Source: an uncultured Actinomycetes bacterium (GTDB lineage Bacteria; Actinomycetota; Thermoleophilia; UBA2241). From it: a stretch of DNA of 64,000 nucleotides. The stretch lies in contig CAVRZA010000004.1 of the NCBI GenBank assembly GCA_963725665.1, positions 448,001 to 512,000 on the forward strand. Reading direction: 5' to 3'. The translations under genes were made by a program, and so were the position numbers. The notes below the pieces were generated by a model, which did not search any database, was not told the origin of the DNA, and was given only the letters and a program-made list of their open reading frames with translations. Below are positions 8,824 through 19,938 of the stretch, in pieces (within the stretch, counting starts at the first letter, position 1; each line of letters opens with the position of its first letter).

Positions 8824-11190
8824 CTAGATCCGCGCGATCACCTCCGCGATCCACGCGTCGAGCGAGGCGTGGCCGAAAGGCGCTTGTACTCCTTTGTCCG
8901 CCAACCAGCGCTCGGCCTTGCCCGCCGGCAGGGCCCACTCGTCGGAGCGGTCGGCGTAGTCGCGGCGCAGGATGTGCAGCGCCGCGAGCGTCGCCACGGC
9001 CGCTTCGCCCTCTTGACCGCCAAGACCGAGCTCCTCAGTCGCGGTCCGCAGGGCGTCCAGCTCAAGACCGCTCACCGCCGCGAACGCCTCGCTTGCCGGC
9101 CACGAGCCGTCGGCGCGCTGGAGGACGATCAGGACGGTGAGAGGATCGTCTGCGGCAGGGCTCAGGTCGTCGCGAGGGGAGTAGGCGAAGGTGGGGCCAC
9201 CCGCGTCGATGGCCATCGGCGCCAGTGGCGAGAAACCCATCGCGCGGTGCGCACGACCTCCGGCTGGAGACGGCGCCGCGGCCATCATCGAGGTGAACAT
9301 GCTCAGCCGTTCGGTGCCGTGCCAGTCCTTCAGCAGCGCGACCGGGACGCGGCGCAACTCGGCTTTGCCGACGGCGCCGCGCTCCTCGTCGCTGCGCTCC
9401 TCTATGGCCACGAAGCTCGTCTCGGACGACATCAGGGAGTAGCGCTTGCCGAGCGCGACGATCGCCTCCTTCGCCTTGCCGGCCTTGCGCTCCGCCTGCG
9501 CTGAGCCGCCCGCGCCGAAGAGCGCGCCGCGGCCCTCCTCAAGGTCGCGGATCGCCTCGCGCGCCAGGAGCCGCGGGATCGTGAGGTCGGCCTCGACGTC
9601 GTCGAGATCGACTGTGGCCGGCAGGCGCATCTCGCCCTCCGCAGTCTTCTGCACCACGGCAACCTCCACGACCTGCTTGGCCGCGCGAGCCGCATTCGCC
9701 TTGTCTTTGGGCACCCGCCCGTAGACCGTCAAGGTCGAGCCGGGGAAGAGCGGCGGCAGATCGGCCGGCGCCACGAGGTCGGGCTCGAGCCCTCCCCAGT
9801 CGATGGTCACGTCGCCCGGCTCGCCGGCGCCGACGCGTGCCATCTGGCGCATCACCTTGGGTTCGACGCGCTCGTTGGGGTGCACGAACTCGGCCCAGCC
9901 GCCCGACGCCCGCGCCAGTCCGCGCACCAGCTGGTCGGAGGCGCCGTAGCCAATCCCCAGAGTGAAGATGGTGGCGTTGTCGGCGTGGCGTGAGGCCAGG
10001 GCGATGACCTCGTCCTCGTTGCCGACCTCACCGTCGGTCAGTAGCAACACGCGCAGCGGCAGCTCGCCGCGCCGGCCGCCCAGAACGTCTTGCAGCGGCT
10101 TGAGGATCTCCGTCCCACCGAGGTCGGCGTCGACCGCCTTCACGGCCTTCGTCGCCTCGTCGAGGGAGTTCTGATCGAAGGCGCGGCTCTCGGCGAAGAG
10201 CTTCTCGTAGGTGCTGCCGAAGCCGACCACGTTGAACGAGTCACCCTCCTGGAGCGAGCGCAGGCAGAGCAGCAGGGCATTGCGTGCCGCGTCGATGCTC
10301 GAGTGCATCATCGACCCCGAGCGGTCGAGCACGAAGATCACTTCGGCCGCCTTGCGGCGATCTTCGACGGCCGGCGCAAGGTCGAGCATGATCACTGTGT
10401 CGCCCTGCTCGTCCTCTGCGACCAGGGCGTTCGTTACCGCCTGCGCCGCCATGCTGAAGGTGACGACGACGTCCTGATCGAGCTGGATGTCGCTGCCGGC
10501 CAGGTCGACGCGCGCCCGCCGACCGCTCATCTGCACCTGTACGGGGTGCGAAGGGCACTCCACCGACGTGACGTCGCTCCAGCCCTCGAAGTCGATGCCC
10601 AGGGTGAGGCCGTAGGGCACATCTCCCATGACGGTCGGCGGCGCGAGGTGCGCGAGCTCCGCAGGGTCCATCGTCTTGAGCTTCTCGGGCGGGATGTAGC
10701 GCGGCGCGACCGTGGTCGGGATCTTGAGGCGCACCTGGTCGCCGAAGCGATCCAGCGGCGCGACGTAGGAGAGCCGCACGACCGCCGCCTGCCCGGGCAG
10801 CAGGTTGCCGACGCTGGCCGTGAACAGGTTCGGCCGATCTTGGTCGAGGAGGTAGGCGCCGTCGCCGCGCGCCATGGCCGCGTCGTACTCCTCGAAGGCT
10901 TTCTCAGCCCCCTCGATGACGCCGACGATGCACCGGTCGTCGATCTCGACCTCGAAGCCGCAGACGGCCGCCGACTCTTCGAGAGGGAAGGAGTAGACGG
11001 CCTCGACGGTGACCGTCTCACGGTTGAAGTAGCGCTGTGAGACGGTCACCGTCGAGGCCGTCCCCCGCGCGTTGACGTCGATGACGACGCCGGTCAGCGG
11101 CACATCGTGCTCGCCGACGAGCAAGCCGGTGGTGCGTTTCTCAGACGACTCGAACGAGCCGTCCTCGCCTGAACCATATCTCAACGACAT
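8824..11190 (-). CDS. VIT + vWA domain protein (VWA5A/ITIH-like architecture)
   Basis: VIT motif EAVYSFPL...F...VGNL, MIDAS DRSGSM / GGTE / LLTDG, and a C-terminal QRADGSW helical region. Confidence 0.88.
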   Translation of the reverse strand: MSLRYGSGEDGSFESSEKRTTGLLVGEHDVPLTGVVIDVNARGTASTVTVSQRYFNRETVTVEAVYSFPLEESAAVCGFEVEIDDRCIVGVIEGAEKAFEEYDAAMARGDGAYLLDQDRPNLFTASVGNLLPGQAAVVRLSYVAPLDRFGDQVRLKIPTTVAPRYIPPEKLKTMDPAELAHLAPPTVMGDVPYGLTLGIDFEGWSDVTSVECPSHPVQVQMSGRRARVDLAGSDIQLDQDVVVTFSMAAQAVTNALVAEDEQGDTVIMLDLAPAVEDRRKAAEVIFVLDRSGSMMHSSIDAARNALLLCLRSLQEGDSFNVVGFGSTYEKLFAESRAFDQNSLDEATKAVKAVDADLGGTEILKPLQDVLGGRRGELPLRVLLLTDGEVGNEDEVIALASRHADNATIFTLGIGYGASDQLVRGLARASGGWAEFVHPNERVEPKVMRQMARVGAGEPGDVTIDWGGLEPDLVAPADLPPLFPGSTLTVYGRVPKDKANAARAAKQVVEVAVVQKTAEGEMRLPATVDLDDVEADLTIPRLLAREAIRDLEEGRGALFGAGGSAQAERKAGKAKEAIVALGKRYSLMSSETSFVAIEERSDEERGAVGKAELRRVPVALLKDWHGTERLSMFTSMMAAAPSPAGGRAHRAMGFSPLAPMAIDAGGPTFAYSPRDDLSPAADDPLTVLIVLQRADGSWPASEAFAAVSGLELDALRTATEELGLGGQEGEAAVATLAALHILRRDYADRSDEWALPAGKAERWLADKGVQAPFGHASLDAWIAEVIARI

Positions 11191-11432
11191 CGGTCTGTCC
11201 CCCTATCGATCGTCGTGTGTGCGGATACACGACACAGCCCTCAGAATGTCAAAAGGGATGCCCTCGCCCACGGGGCCACACTGCCACCGGCGGGGCACGT
11301 CACGGGCGTTGTCGCTCGGGGAGGCCAGACGGAGCTGGACTGCTGGGCGGCTCGCCAGTGCATTGCGCCCCAGACCGTGCGGAGATGGCGTAATCGTGAG
11401 CAGCCGCAGACCTGCAGGCGACACGACCCGGC

Positions 11433-14173
11433 CTATTTGCCGCGCCGCGTCCCCCGCGCCGCCGGTCTCGCCCGGCTGCCGGCCTCGACGATCACGTAAC
11501 GGGCCTTCTCCACAATGTCGGGGTAGTACCTCACGTTGTTGCGGTCCTTCTCTTTGTCCTCCTCGCTCAGAGTCGGGTACTGCACGAGGCAGGGGTGCTT
11601 CTTCGCCTTGTCGTCGCGGACCAGGCTGTGAGTCCAGCCGTCGCGGTACTTCTGCTCCATCCAGCCATCGTGCTCGTCTTCGGCCAGCCGCTCCATGTCA
11701 CCCTCAAGGATGCCCAGCACCTTGGCCCTCGTCAGAGTCGGCGGGTGGTCTTCGGCAACGACTGCCAGTCCCACGAGCGCCAGCACCCGCGGGATGCGGG
11801 CCGCTGCGGCGATGTTGTCCGCCTTCACACCGTCGGGCAGCTCGGGGTAGGGCACGTCGATGTCGGGCTGAATCGGCCATCCCTCCTTGTGGCACAGCTC
11901 ACGGAAATGATCGTGCACGGCCGGCGCGAGCTCCTCGCTGTTCATCTTGAAGGGCCGGTCGCAGTCGACCAGTTCCATGAACTCGTCGTAGTCGACGTGC
12001 AGCGAGAGCTGGTCCTCGGGCGGTAGGGAGGAACGCCTGAGGCCCGACAGCCCGCCGCCCCTGGTGAGCCCCATGATCGTTTCGAGCGACCGCGCCCCGT
12101 GCTCGTACTTGCCGATCTCAAGGAAGGCGGTGAGCAGCCCGCTGTCGATGTCCATCTCGTCGCCCTCGGCAGCGCCGACGAACCCGCCGGTGGCGCGCAT
12201 GAGCAGAGCGCGACGGATGGGGAAGGAGAGGTCGCGGGGAGCATCGTCGTCGACCCATTTGCCTGTCTTGGCGTCGTACTTCTGGCGCCGGTTCGGGCCG
12301 GCGACGTTCAGGTAGCCGTTCAGCCGGCTGACGAAGTCGGGGCCCTTCGCGAGCTTGAACTTCTCGAACCTCGAGAGGCCCTTCTCGCCCTCGCCGGCGG
12401 TGGCGTCGTCGGCCTCGGGGCCCGTTTCTTCGTGCGGCGAGAAGTTGGCGAAGTCGTAGCTTGTGCCGCCGGCGAAGACGAACACGCACTTGCCGATCGG
12501 GTGCGTGACCTGGCCCTCCTGAAACGCGCCGTCTTGCATGGGCGCCAGCAGGTACTGCAGCCACATGTACTCGCGCGAGTCGAACTCGTCCCAGAACACG
12601 ACCGGCGTGGTGCCGCCCAGCACCTTGTCGCGCACCTGGTGGAAGGCGCCGATGAGCTCTCCGGGATCGGAGTACTGCGAGAGGTTGAACTCGAGTATGG
12701 GCACAGCGTCGCCCAGCACCGTCTTGGCGATCTGCTTGACGCCGAACGACTTGCCCGAACCGGGGGCACCGAAGACGGCGATCGACAAGGGCTTGGAGGG
12801 GCGCTGCGTCCTCTCATAGCCCTTGATGAGGCGCTCGAGACCGCGCAAGCTCTCTATCTCGACGCGATCGACCACCAGCAGCTTGCCGAACCTGGCGTAG
12901 GGAAGCTCGTCGACCAGTGCCCGGGGTCCGAACAGGGCCACACGCCGCGCCAGGCCGTAGAGCGGGCGCGCGGCCGCACCTCCCGGCTCGCCCGAGACGA
13001 TCGTCCAGGCCTTCGACTTGCCCGCCGAGGCCACCGTCGCCGGTACGTCGGCGATCCTGTATCGGCATGACGGCTTGAGCAGATCCTCGACGACCGGCTC
13101 GGGCGGGAACCCCTGCCTGGCTATGCGATCGGCGCCGCCGTCGCCGCCGTCGGCCGCGCCGTGGCCGACACGCAGCAGGTGACGCATGGCCGAGAGACCG
13201 CGCATGATGCCGGCGCCGATGTCGGGTCCGGCCTCATCGGCGCCAGGGCCGGTGCCCGCGCCGGTTGGGGCCACGTCGGAGGCGGCCAGCTCCGCCACGA
13301 TCGCCGCCACAAGGCACGACGTGCCGCCCCAGACCTGGCCGGTCACGCTCCGTGCCCAGGCTCCCTCGAGCCCCCGGGGTCGAAGACGAGCCGGTACCGG
13401 GACATGCCGTCGGCGCGTCTGCCGAGCCACAGGGCGCCGTCGGTGCCCAGGCTGACGACCAGGTGCCGGCACTTCGTCAGGTCCGAGATGCTCTTGTTGA
13501 GCGTCAGCTCCTGCAACAGGTCCTGCGCGGTGTGCTCCCACGAGAGCCCCTCGGTGATGCTGACCTCTTCCTGGCGAAGATCGGCGGCCGACACCACCAC
13601 GACGAGGCGGTCGCAGAATCTCTTGCAGGCCTGGCGCCACAGGTCGCCCTGGGCGACGGGGGCGGACGTCTTGAGGACGACCCAGTCCACGGCCGCCGGC
13701 TTGCCGTCACGGAACTCCGCAGGCCAAGCGAGTTCGTTGGTGCGGTGGCGGAAGCCGAGAGCCCCGTCGTCGAGCACGACGATCGAGGCCGCCGCCGCAC
13801 GCGGGGGTGCCTCCGCATAGCTTGTGTTGTGCTCGAGGCTGTCGCCGTAGCCGAGGTTGCCGGTGATGCGCCAGACCCGGCCCTTGCCCTTGTCTCCGGC
13901 GGGGCAAGGGGTCAGGAGCGAGTAGGACTCAACCAACCTGTTCTTGGGCGTGGTGCCCATGCCGAACTCGACCGCGAACGGCTCGGGTGCGGCGGCGCCA
14001 AGCTTCTCGAGGACCCTGAAGAGCAGCTTGGCGCCGCCGGTCTCCTGATGGATCGACGTGCCCTGCTTGCCGTGTGCGTACGGCTTGTCGCGCGCGCCCT
14101 CGTAGATGTGGTAGTCGACGACCACGTCGCCGGCGACCACGACGGTCTTGATGAGAGCTTCTTTGGTCGTCAC
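11433..14173 (-). CDS. PfkB-like N-domain + AAA+ ATPase + RyR domain protein (1-nt indel near 13372)
   Basis: Joins ORFs 13343..14191 and 11433..13640 through a G run (FDPGG|LEGAW). VVVAGDVVVD, Walker A GAPGSGKS, Walker B VFWDEFD, RyR EHDGWM...GW....RD...K.HPCLV.Y..L.E..KEKDR. Confidence 0.75.
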
Positions 14174-14271
14174 GGCGTCCCTCCCACCCATGCGATCCTC
14201 ATCGCTTGCGGAGTCCTGAACGCCATTCTCTCGTAGTCTATGGGGAGTGCGATAGTGCTACGGCGTTCGGC

Positions 14272-14304
14272 GGGCGGCGGGGCGGCTGTGCCGCCCCGCC
14301 GCCC
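14272..14304. repeat. perfect 15-bp inverted repeat (REP-like hairpin), copy 1
   Basis: gggcggcggggcggc-tgt-gccgccccgccgccc; near-identical copy at 22050. Confidence 0.75.
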
Positions 14305-14456
14305 AGCAACCCGGCCGCACCATCGAGCCTCCAGCGCTCGCTTCTTCGCGCCTACGGCGGTATAAGGACTTCAGCAACGGTGGCGGACTCACCGGTTTTG
14401 CCCGGTCGGCGGCCGGTGTGGTGAGGCCGCAGGCGGCGATGTGGGGGGCAGCGCAG

Positions 14457-15506
14457 ATGTCTGAGGTAGGGTCCAAGTCGGCTTTCGTCATCATGCCGTT
14501 CGCGCCGGAGTTCAGGGCCGGATACGACGACGTGATCGCGCCGGGGATGCGCGCCGCCGGCCTGGCGTGCGTACGCGCCGACCAGGAGGCGCTCGGCAAC
14601 ATCCACGGGATGATGTTCGAGCGCATCTTCGAGTCGCCCGTCGTCATCGCCGACGTCTCGGGCGCCAACCCCAACGTCTTCTACGAGCTCGGCATCTCCC
14701 ACAGCACGGCGCGCAAGACCATCACGGTCGTGCGTGAGGACTTCCGCGACCGCATCCCGTTCGACATCGCGCCGTACCGGGTGCTGATCTACCCGATGCG
14801 GCCCGACGACTCCTGCAGCGACGAGGAGATGGCGGCGTATGAGAAGGCGGCGAGCGAGGCGGCCGCCTCGCTCGCCGCCTCCCTCGCGGCCATCCTCGAG
14901 GCAGACGCGGAGGGCATCGCCAACCCGGTCCAGGACTTCCTCGCGAAGCGCTCGCCGCTCACCTGCAGCGAGAGTAGGCACGTCGACTCCCTGAAGGAGA
15001 CCCACGAGGAGGAGATGGTCGTCGGCGCCGTCGCCGAGATCGTCGGTGTCGGCATCACCTGCGCGCACTTCGCGAAGCTGCTGACACGCGTCATCGAGGA
15101 GGGTGTGCGGACCGCGCCGTTGCGCGTTCGTCTTCTCGCCCTCGACCCCGACGACCGCGACGGCTGGCGCTACGTCTACCACCTGCGCGAAGGCCGTGCC
15201 CTGCCCGACGACGAGTTCGACGAGCTGTTCGCCGAGGATCGCGTGATCATCCGGCGCACCTCGCGATTCATCGAGAGACTCAACCTGAGGGACGACTTCG
15301 ACGGCGAGGTGTCCTACTTTTCGGGCATCCCGGTGTTCTGGGCCTACGCCGTCGACGGCGAGCGCATGTTCGTCGGCAACCTCGCGATGAACCGCTTCTC
15401 CGCTCGCCTTCCCGTCTCGGTGCTCGTGAAGGACGACCCGCGCACGCGCACCGTCTATCGCTACTACGCATCCGCGATCGAGGCGCTGAGAGCTGCGGCG
15501 AAGTAG
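14457..15506 (+). CDS. nucleoside 2-deoxyribosyltransferase/TIR-like domain + PLD-like (DUF5919-like) C-domain
   Basis: AFVIMPF...CVRAD...VIADVSGANPNVFYELG. C-half has VRLLALDP...Y...P......D...FV. Confidence 0.7.
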   Translation: MSEVGSKSAFVIMPFAPEFRAGYDDVIAPGMRAAGLACVRADQEALGNIHGMMFERIFESPVVIADVSGANPNVFYELGISHSTARKTITVVREDFRDRIPFDIAPYRVLIYPMRPDDSCSDEEMAAYEKAASEAAASLAASLAAILEADAEGIANPVQDFLAKRSPLTCSESRHVDSLKETHEEEMVVGAVAEIVGVGITCAHFAKLLTRVIEEGVRTAPLRVRLLALDPDDRDGWRYVYHLREGRALPDDEFDELFAEDRVIIRRTSRFIERLNLRDDFDGEVSYFSGIPVFWAYAVDGERMFVGNLAMNRFSARLPVSVLVKDDPRTRTVYRYYASAIEALRAAAK

Positions 15507-15608
15507 CCGGGCGGACAAGACCGGCGCTCATCTCGACGGCCGCGTCGGCGGTAGACTCAGCACTGGCACCGCCGGTCGACCGAATCGACTTCGGAGGGTA
15601 TGGGGGCG

Positions 15609-16529
15609 ATGGGGGCACCGTGGCATGAGCCGCTCAGACTGCTGTGCGCCGACGCGTGCGACGTCGCCGGCTCCGGCGCGCCCCGTCGAGACCGTTCTCT
15701 TCTTCGTCGCTCGCTGGTGCCAGAAGGAGACCGGCGGGCCGAACCCGACGTCGCCGCCCTCGACCAGGACCACGTCGCGGACATCGCGGCGCGTGTGGTC
15801 CGCAACCTCGACGACGACGGCGCCCGCGTCGACCGGCTCGTGGCTGGCGACGCGGGCGCCTGGACCGAGCTGCGCCGTCTGCTCTACGCGAGCGCCTGCT
15901 CGCGCGCCGACGCGGCGGCCGCCGAGTACGCCGACGAGGCGCTGCAGAAGATCGCCATCGTGCTGCTCACCGGCACGCCTCCGTCCCGGGCGGCCGCGCA
16001 GCTCGCCGAGGCGATCGAAGGTCCCCGCAACGAGTACGTCTTCACCTCGCCCTTCCCGTTCTGGGCGCGCGCCGTGGTCATCAACCTGATCGTCGACGAC
16101 AAACGGCGCCAAGGCGCGCGAGCGTGAGGCGCCGCGGGTGCACGCCACGCGGAAGCCCCCCTGCCTCGACGCGGCCACGCTCGAGCGCGCGCACAAGGCG
16201 CTGCCGGGGCTCCTCGACGCCGTCCGCGAGCTGCCGCCCGTGCAGCGCTCGGTGATGGTCTGGACGCTGGCGCGGCGCGACCTCGATCCGGTCGCCGAGC
16301 GCCTGCGCGAGCTCGCCCCCGACCTGTTCGGCGAGACGGGGGATGGGGCGGTGGCCTCCGACCACGACATCGCCGAGCGCCTCGGCACCACCACGCGACT
16401 GGTGGCCGCCAACCGTTCGGTCGCGCGCTGCAAGCTGGCTGCGCGCGACCCCTACTGGAAGCTGCTGCTCGACATGCTTCTGCCCCACCGGAGCACCCGC
16501 CCCACCCGGAGGAGGACCACGATGGATGA
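15609..16529 (+). CDS. ECF-type sigma-70 factor (indel near 16115; 3' end uncertain)
   Basis: Region 2 F.FWARAVVINLIVDDKRR. Region 4 in the next frame: AVRELPPVQRSVM...DIAERLGTT...V...RSVARCKL. Confidence 0.65.
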
Positions 16530-17503
16530 GCACCGGTCCGCCCAGTCGATCCTGCAGCGCGCGCTCGCGCGCGGCACGCTCGAGGGCGTCGCGACGGCCG
16601 CCGCCGCGGTCGATCCCGCCGAGCTCGAACGGGCGCTCGCCCACATCGCGTCCTGCGAGGAGTGCAGCCGCCGCTTTGACCTCGCCGAGACGGCCGCGTG
16701 GTTGGAGAGTAGGGAGGAAACCCACGCGATGGCACAGGTACCAGTCGATCCCGCAGCACTCTTCGAGTCCGCCCTCACGGCGGCGCTCTCCGACCCCGAC
16801 GACATCGTCCGCCGGCGCGCGGCCGAGCGGCTGGGCGAGATGACGAGGCTGGGGGCGGCGGCGGTCGACGCGCTCGTCGCGGCCGCGGGAGAGGACCGCG
16901 ACGAGCGCGTCCGCGCCGCCGCCCTCACCGCCCTCCAGCGCCTCGACACCCAGGTCTCCCTTCCCCAGTGGGTGATCGACGTGTGGTCGGCGGCGCCGGC
17001 GGAGGCGGCCCCTACTTGGCGGGTGTGCTGGCTCGCCTCGCCGCCCCCGCCGGCGCCAACGACCGGCGTCACGCGTCTGGCGGGCGCCGAGACGCAGGAC
17101 GACGAGACCGTCGTGCTCTCCGGCGAGCGCGGGGTGAGCGGGCGCGTCTCGCGCGAGCCCGACGGCCTCTGGCTGACGGTCGAGGGCCTGCCGGCCGAGG
17201 TCGAGGACACGAAGCCGGTGGTCGCCGTCCCGGGGGCGCTCGAGGTGGAGGAGATCACGGTCGTGTGGGCCGGAGACGAGCCCGGGCTGATCGCCGCCTC
17301 CGAGCCGGTCTCCGAGGGTCGCTGCGGGTGCGGCTGGGGAAGGTCGAGGAAGGCGGACGGAGGCGCGCTGCGGCAGCGGCGCCTCCGCCGTCGCGCCGCA
17401 GACGCGGCGCGCGCTGCCGTCGCGGAGCCCCGCCGCGCCGCCGCGCCACGCTCTTCGACCAGATCTACCTCCTCCACCCGAGAGCCCCGCGAAGAAGGTT
17501 TGA
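16522..17503 (+). CDS. zinc anti-sigma (HxxxCxxC) + HEAT-repeat protein (several indels)
   Basis: GGAGGAGG RBS before ATG 16522. AHIASCEEC, then HEAT LSDPDDIVRRRAAERLG and DRDERVRAAALTAL. Confidence 0.6.
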
Positions 17504-18439
17504 CCTTCGGCACGCCGCCGGCGTGTTCTGGGCATGGACGGGCCTGCTTCTCGTCTTCGCGGGAGGCCGGCGATCGCCGCCGTCGCGTCGGCTCGGCTCA
17601 CGTCCGACGGCCTCGTCATCCTCGGCATCCTTCTCGTCGCATCGTCGCGGTCGTCCTCCTGGACGTGGGACAAGCGCGCCGCGCGCCGGGCGAAGGCCGC
17701 GGCGCTCGCGGCGCAGCCGGCGCCGCAGTGGGCGATCTCGCTCCTCGTCGACGCCGACGAGAAGTCCGGCATCCTGCGCCCGATCGTGCAGCTCCTCGGC
17801 CCCCAGCTTCCCTCCGACATCACCGTGGATCTCCACGTCGGCGACGAGCGCGGCGACGTGCGCCTGACCACCGAGCGCCGCTTCAGCGACCCCGCGACGA
17901 GGACCGACCTCGTGCTGGGGACGCTCGCGGTCCCCGACGGCGTCTCCGTCGCCGAGGCCGCCCTCTGCGACTGGACCGTCGTGGTCAGCCACGACGGCCA
18001 CGAGATCGCGCGCCGCCGCGGTCCGCTGGCCGCCGCCCCGCGCCTGAACGACGAGGCCGAGCTGCAGGCGCCCGACCTGGAGCCGGAGCCCGATGTGGAG
18101 CCGCCGCCGCCCGCGACCCCCGATCCGGTCCGTCACCTGAGATGGACGATCGGCCTGTCGTGTTCCGTCTGCGGCTGCGCCATCGGGGGCTACCTGCTGA
18201 CCACGCTGTCGGCCTGGCTGTGGTTCGTCGCCGTGCCGCTGTTCCTGCTGGCGGCCATCCTTCTGGTGGCTGCCGCCCTCGTGCTCCACACCCCGTGCCC
18301 GCTGTGCGGGCGACTCACCACCGTGGTCGGGCGCACCGGAGCCCAGCGCTGCGACGCGTGCGCCAGGTTCACACTCACGCCGGTGTGGGTGAGATGGCTG
18401 CCGTTTGATGATCTCCCCGCGCCCGCGTGTCTCGGGTGA
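17500..18439 (+). CDS. membrane protein with C-terminal zinc ribbon (N-terminal indels)
   Basis: Hydrophobic N-terminus split across frames, soluble beta-rich middle, two TM helices, then CPLC...CDAC. Confidence 0.55.
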
Positions 18440-18465
18440 GAGCGCGACGCAGGCGGAGGCCACCG

Positions 18466-18934
18466 ATGACGCTGTACCAGGCTGGAGCATCGCCGCAGAG
18501 CACCCCGAGGCGGCCGGCGCGCACTGGTCGGACCACGCCCTACGGGCGCTGGCGCCTGGCCGCCGAGTCCGAGGCCATGAAGCGCTTTCCGGGTTTCAGC
18601 CTGCACCTGCCGGAGGGCGGCAACCTCACCTGGGCGGGCGTCCTGCGCAGCACCTTCAACCGGCGCAAGCGCTACCTCGTGAAGGTGACCTACCCCGACC
18701 GCTTCCCCCACGAGGCGCCGGTCGTGACCATCGAGAAGCCGGCCCTCGACCGAGAAGACGCCCCACCTTCTGGGCGGCAACCGTCCCTGTCTGTACCGCG
18801 GCCTGAACGGCCCGCGCAACGGGTACGACCCGGCGCGGACCACGGCGGCGACGCTGGTCGCCTGGACGGCGCTCTGGATCCACGCCTACGAGACCTGGAA
18901 GGCCACCGGCACCTGGCCGGGAAGCGAGGAATGA
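18466..18934 (+). CDS. prokaryotic E2/UBC-fold protein (indels)
   Basis: RLAAESEAM...LTWAG.L...YLVKVTYPDRFPHEAPVV, continuing after an indel at ~18762 as HLLGGNRPCLY...AWTALWIHAYETWKATGTWPGSEE*. Confidence 0.75.
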
Positions 18935-18935
18935 G

Positions 18936-19938
18936 ATGACGGCGCTCGCACGACGCTCGACCTCGGTGCGGACCTTCTGCCGCGCGGCCGGACGCGCGCT
19001 GCGGCGCCGCCGTCGCGATCGGTCGCGCCGCTGCATCGGTCGCGCCGCTGCGTCCGGCCAAGCGCCGGCACGCGGTCGCGCCGGCGACCGCGACCGTGCT
19101 GGTGCGCCCCGAGGTGCTGCGCACGATCTCGGTGGGGTCGCGCGCGCGGGAGACGACGAGACCGGCGGACCGTTCTTCGGCACCGTCCAGCGCACGTGGG
19201 ACGGCGACGGGTACCGCTTCGTCGCCGCCCTGCTGGGCACCCTGCCGCCGGGGCCGGCCGTGGACGGCGGCCCCGGATCGGTCGGCCTCGGCGCGCGCAG
19301 CGACGGTGAGCGCGCCGCGTCGGCGCTGCGCTGGCTGCGCGAGACGACCGGGCTCGACCTGCTCCACTTCGGCGACTGGCACCGGCACCCGTTCGGCAGT
19401 CCGCAGCCCTCCGGCGGCGACCAGCGCACGGCCCGCGAGATGTGGGAGCTGACGGCCGCGCCGCTCTGGCTGACGGCGATCGCCGTCGACGACGCGACCT
19501 CCGAGCGGGACTCCGGCGCCGAGGACAACGTCGTGACGCTGACGCGGTCGCAGCGCCTGGACCAGGAGATCCACTTCTACCAGGAGTGCGAGCCGCACGG
19601 GCTCGTGCCGGTGCGCGTGCGCATCGACGCCGAGACGGCGCCCAGGCTGCCGCCGCTGCCGTGGTACATCGTCGACCCGGCGCGCTTCGCCGCCGAGTGC
19701 CGCCTGCTGCTCGCCAACGGCTTCCGGCCGGCGCTGCAGCCGGTCATGCCCGGCGCGCGTCCGGCGGTCATCCTGCGGCTCGAGCGCGACGGCGGCGACC
19801 CGCTGACGGTCGAGACCGGCCTGCGGCATCCCTACGAGGAGCCGCTGGTGCGCGACGCCAAGGGGCGCCGCATCCGGCTGCGCTCGGCGTGGTCGCCGGA
19901 GCGCTTCATCGTCGACCTGCTGCAGGGAGGTGGCCTAG
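18936..19938 (+). CDS. JAB/MPN metallopeptidase fused to a second E2-like domain (indels)
   Basis: ETGG...GDWHRHPFGSPQPSGGD (JAMM). C-terminal PWY..DPARFAAECRLL...HPYEEP...WSPERFI. Stop TAG 19936-38 after a 1-nt shift. Confidence 0.75.

Noticed and set aside
16138-18408. 756-aa single ORF
   Set aside because: It is a patchwork of several frameshifted genes; the last ~350 aa are Arg-rich off-frame translation.
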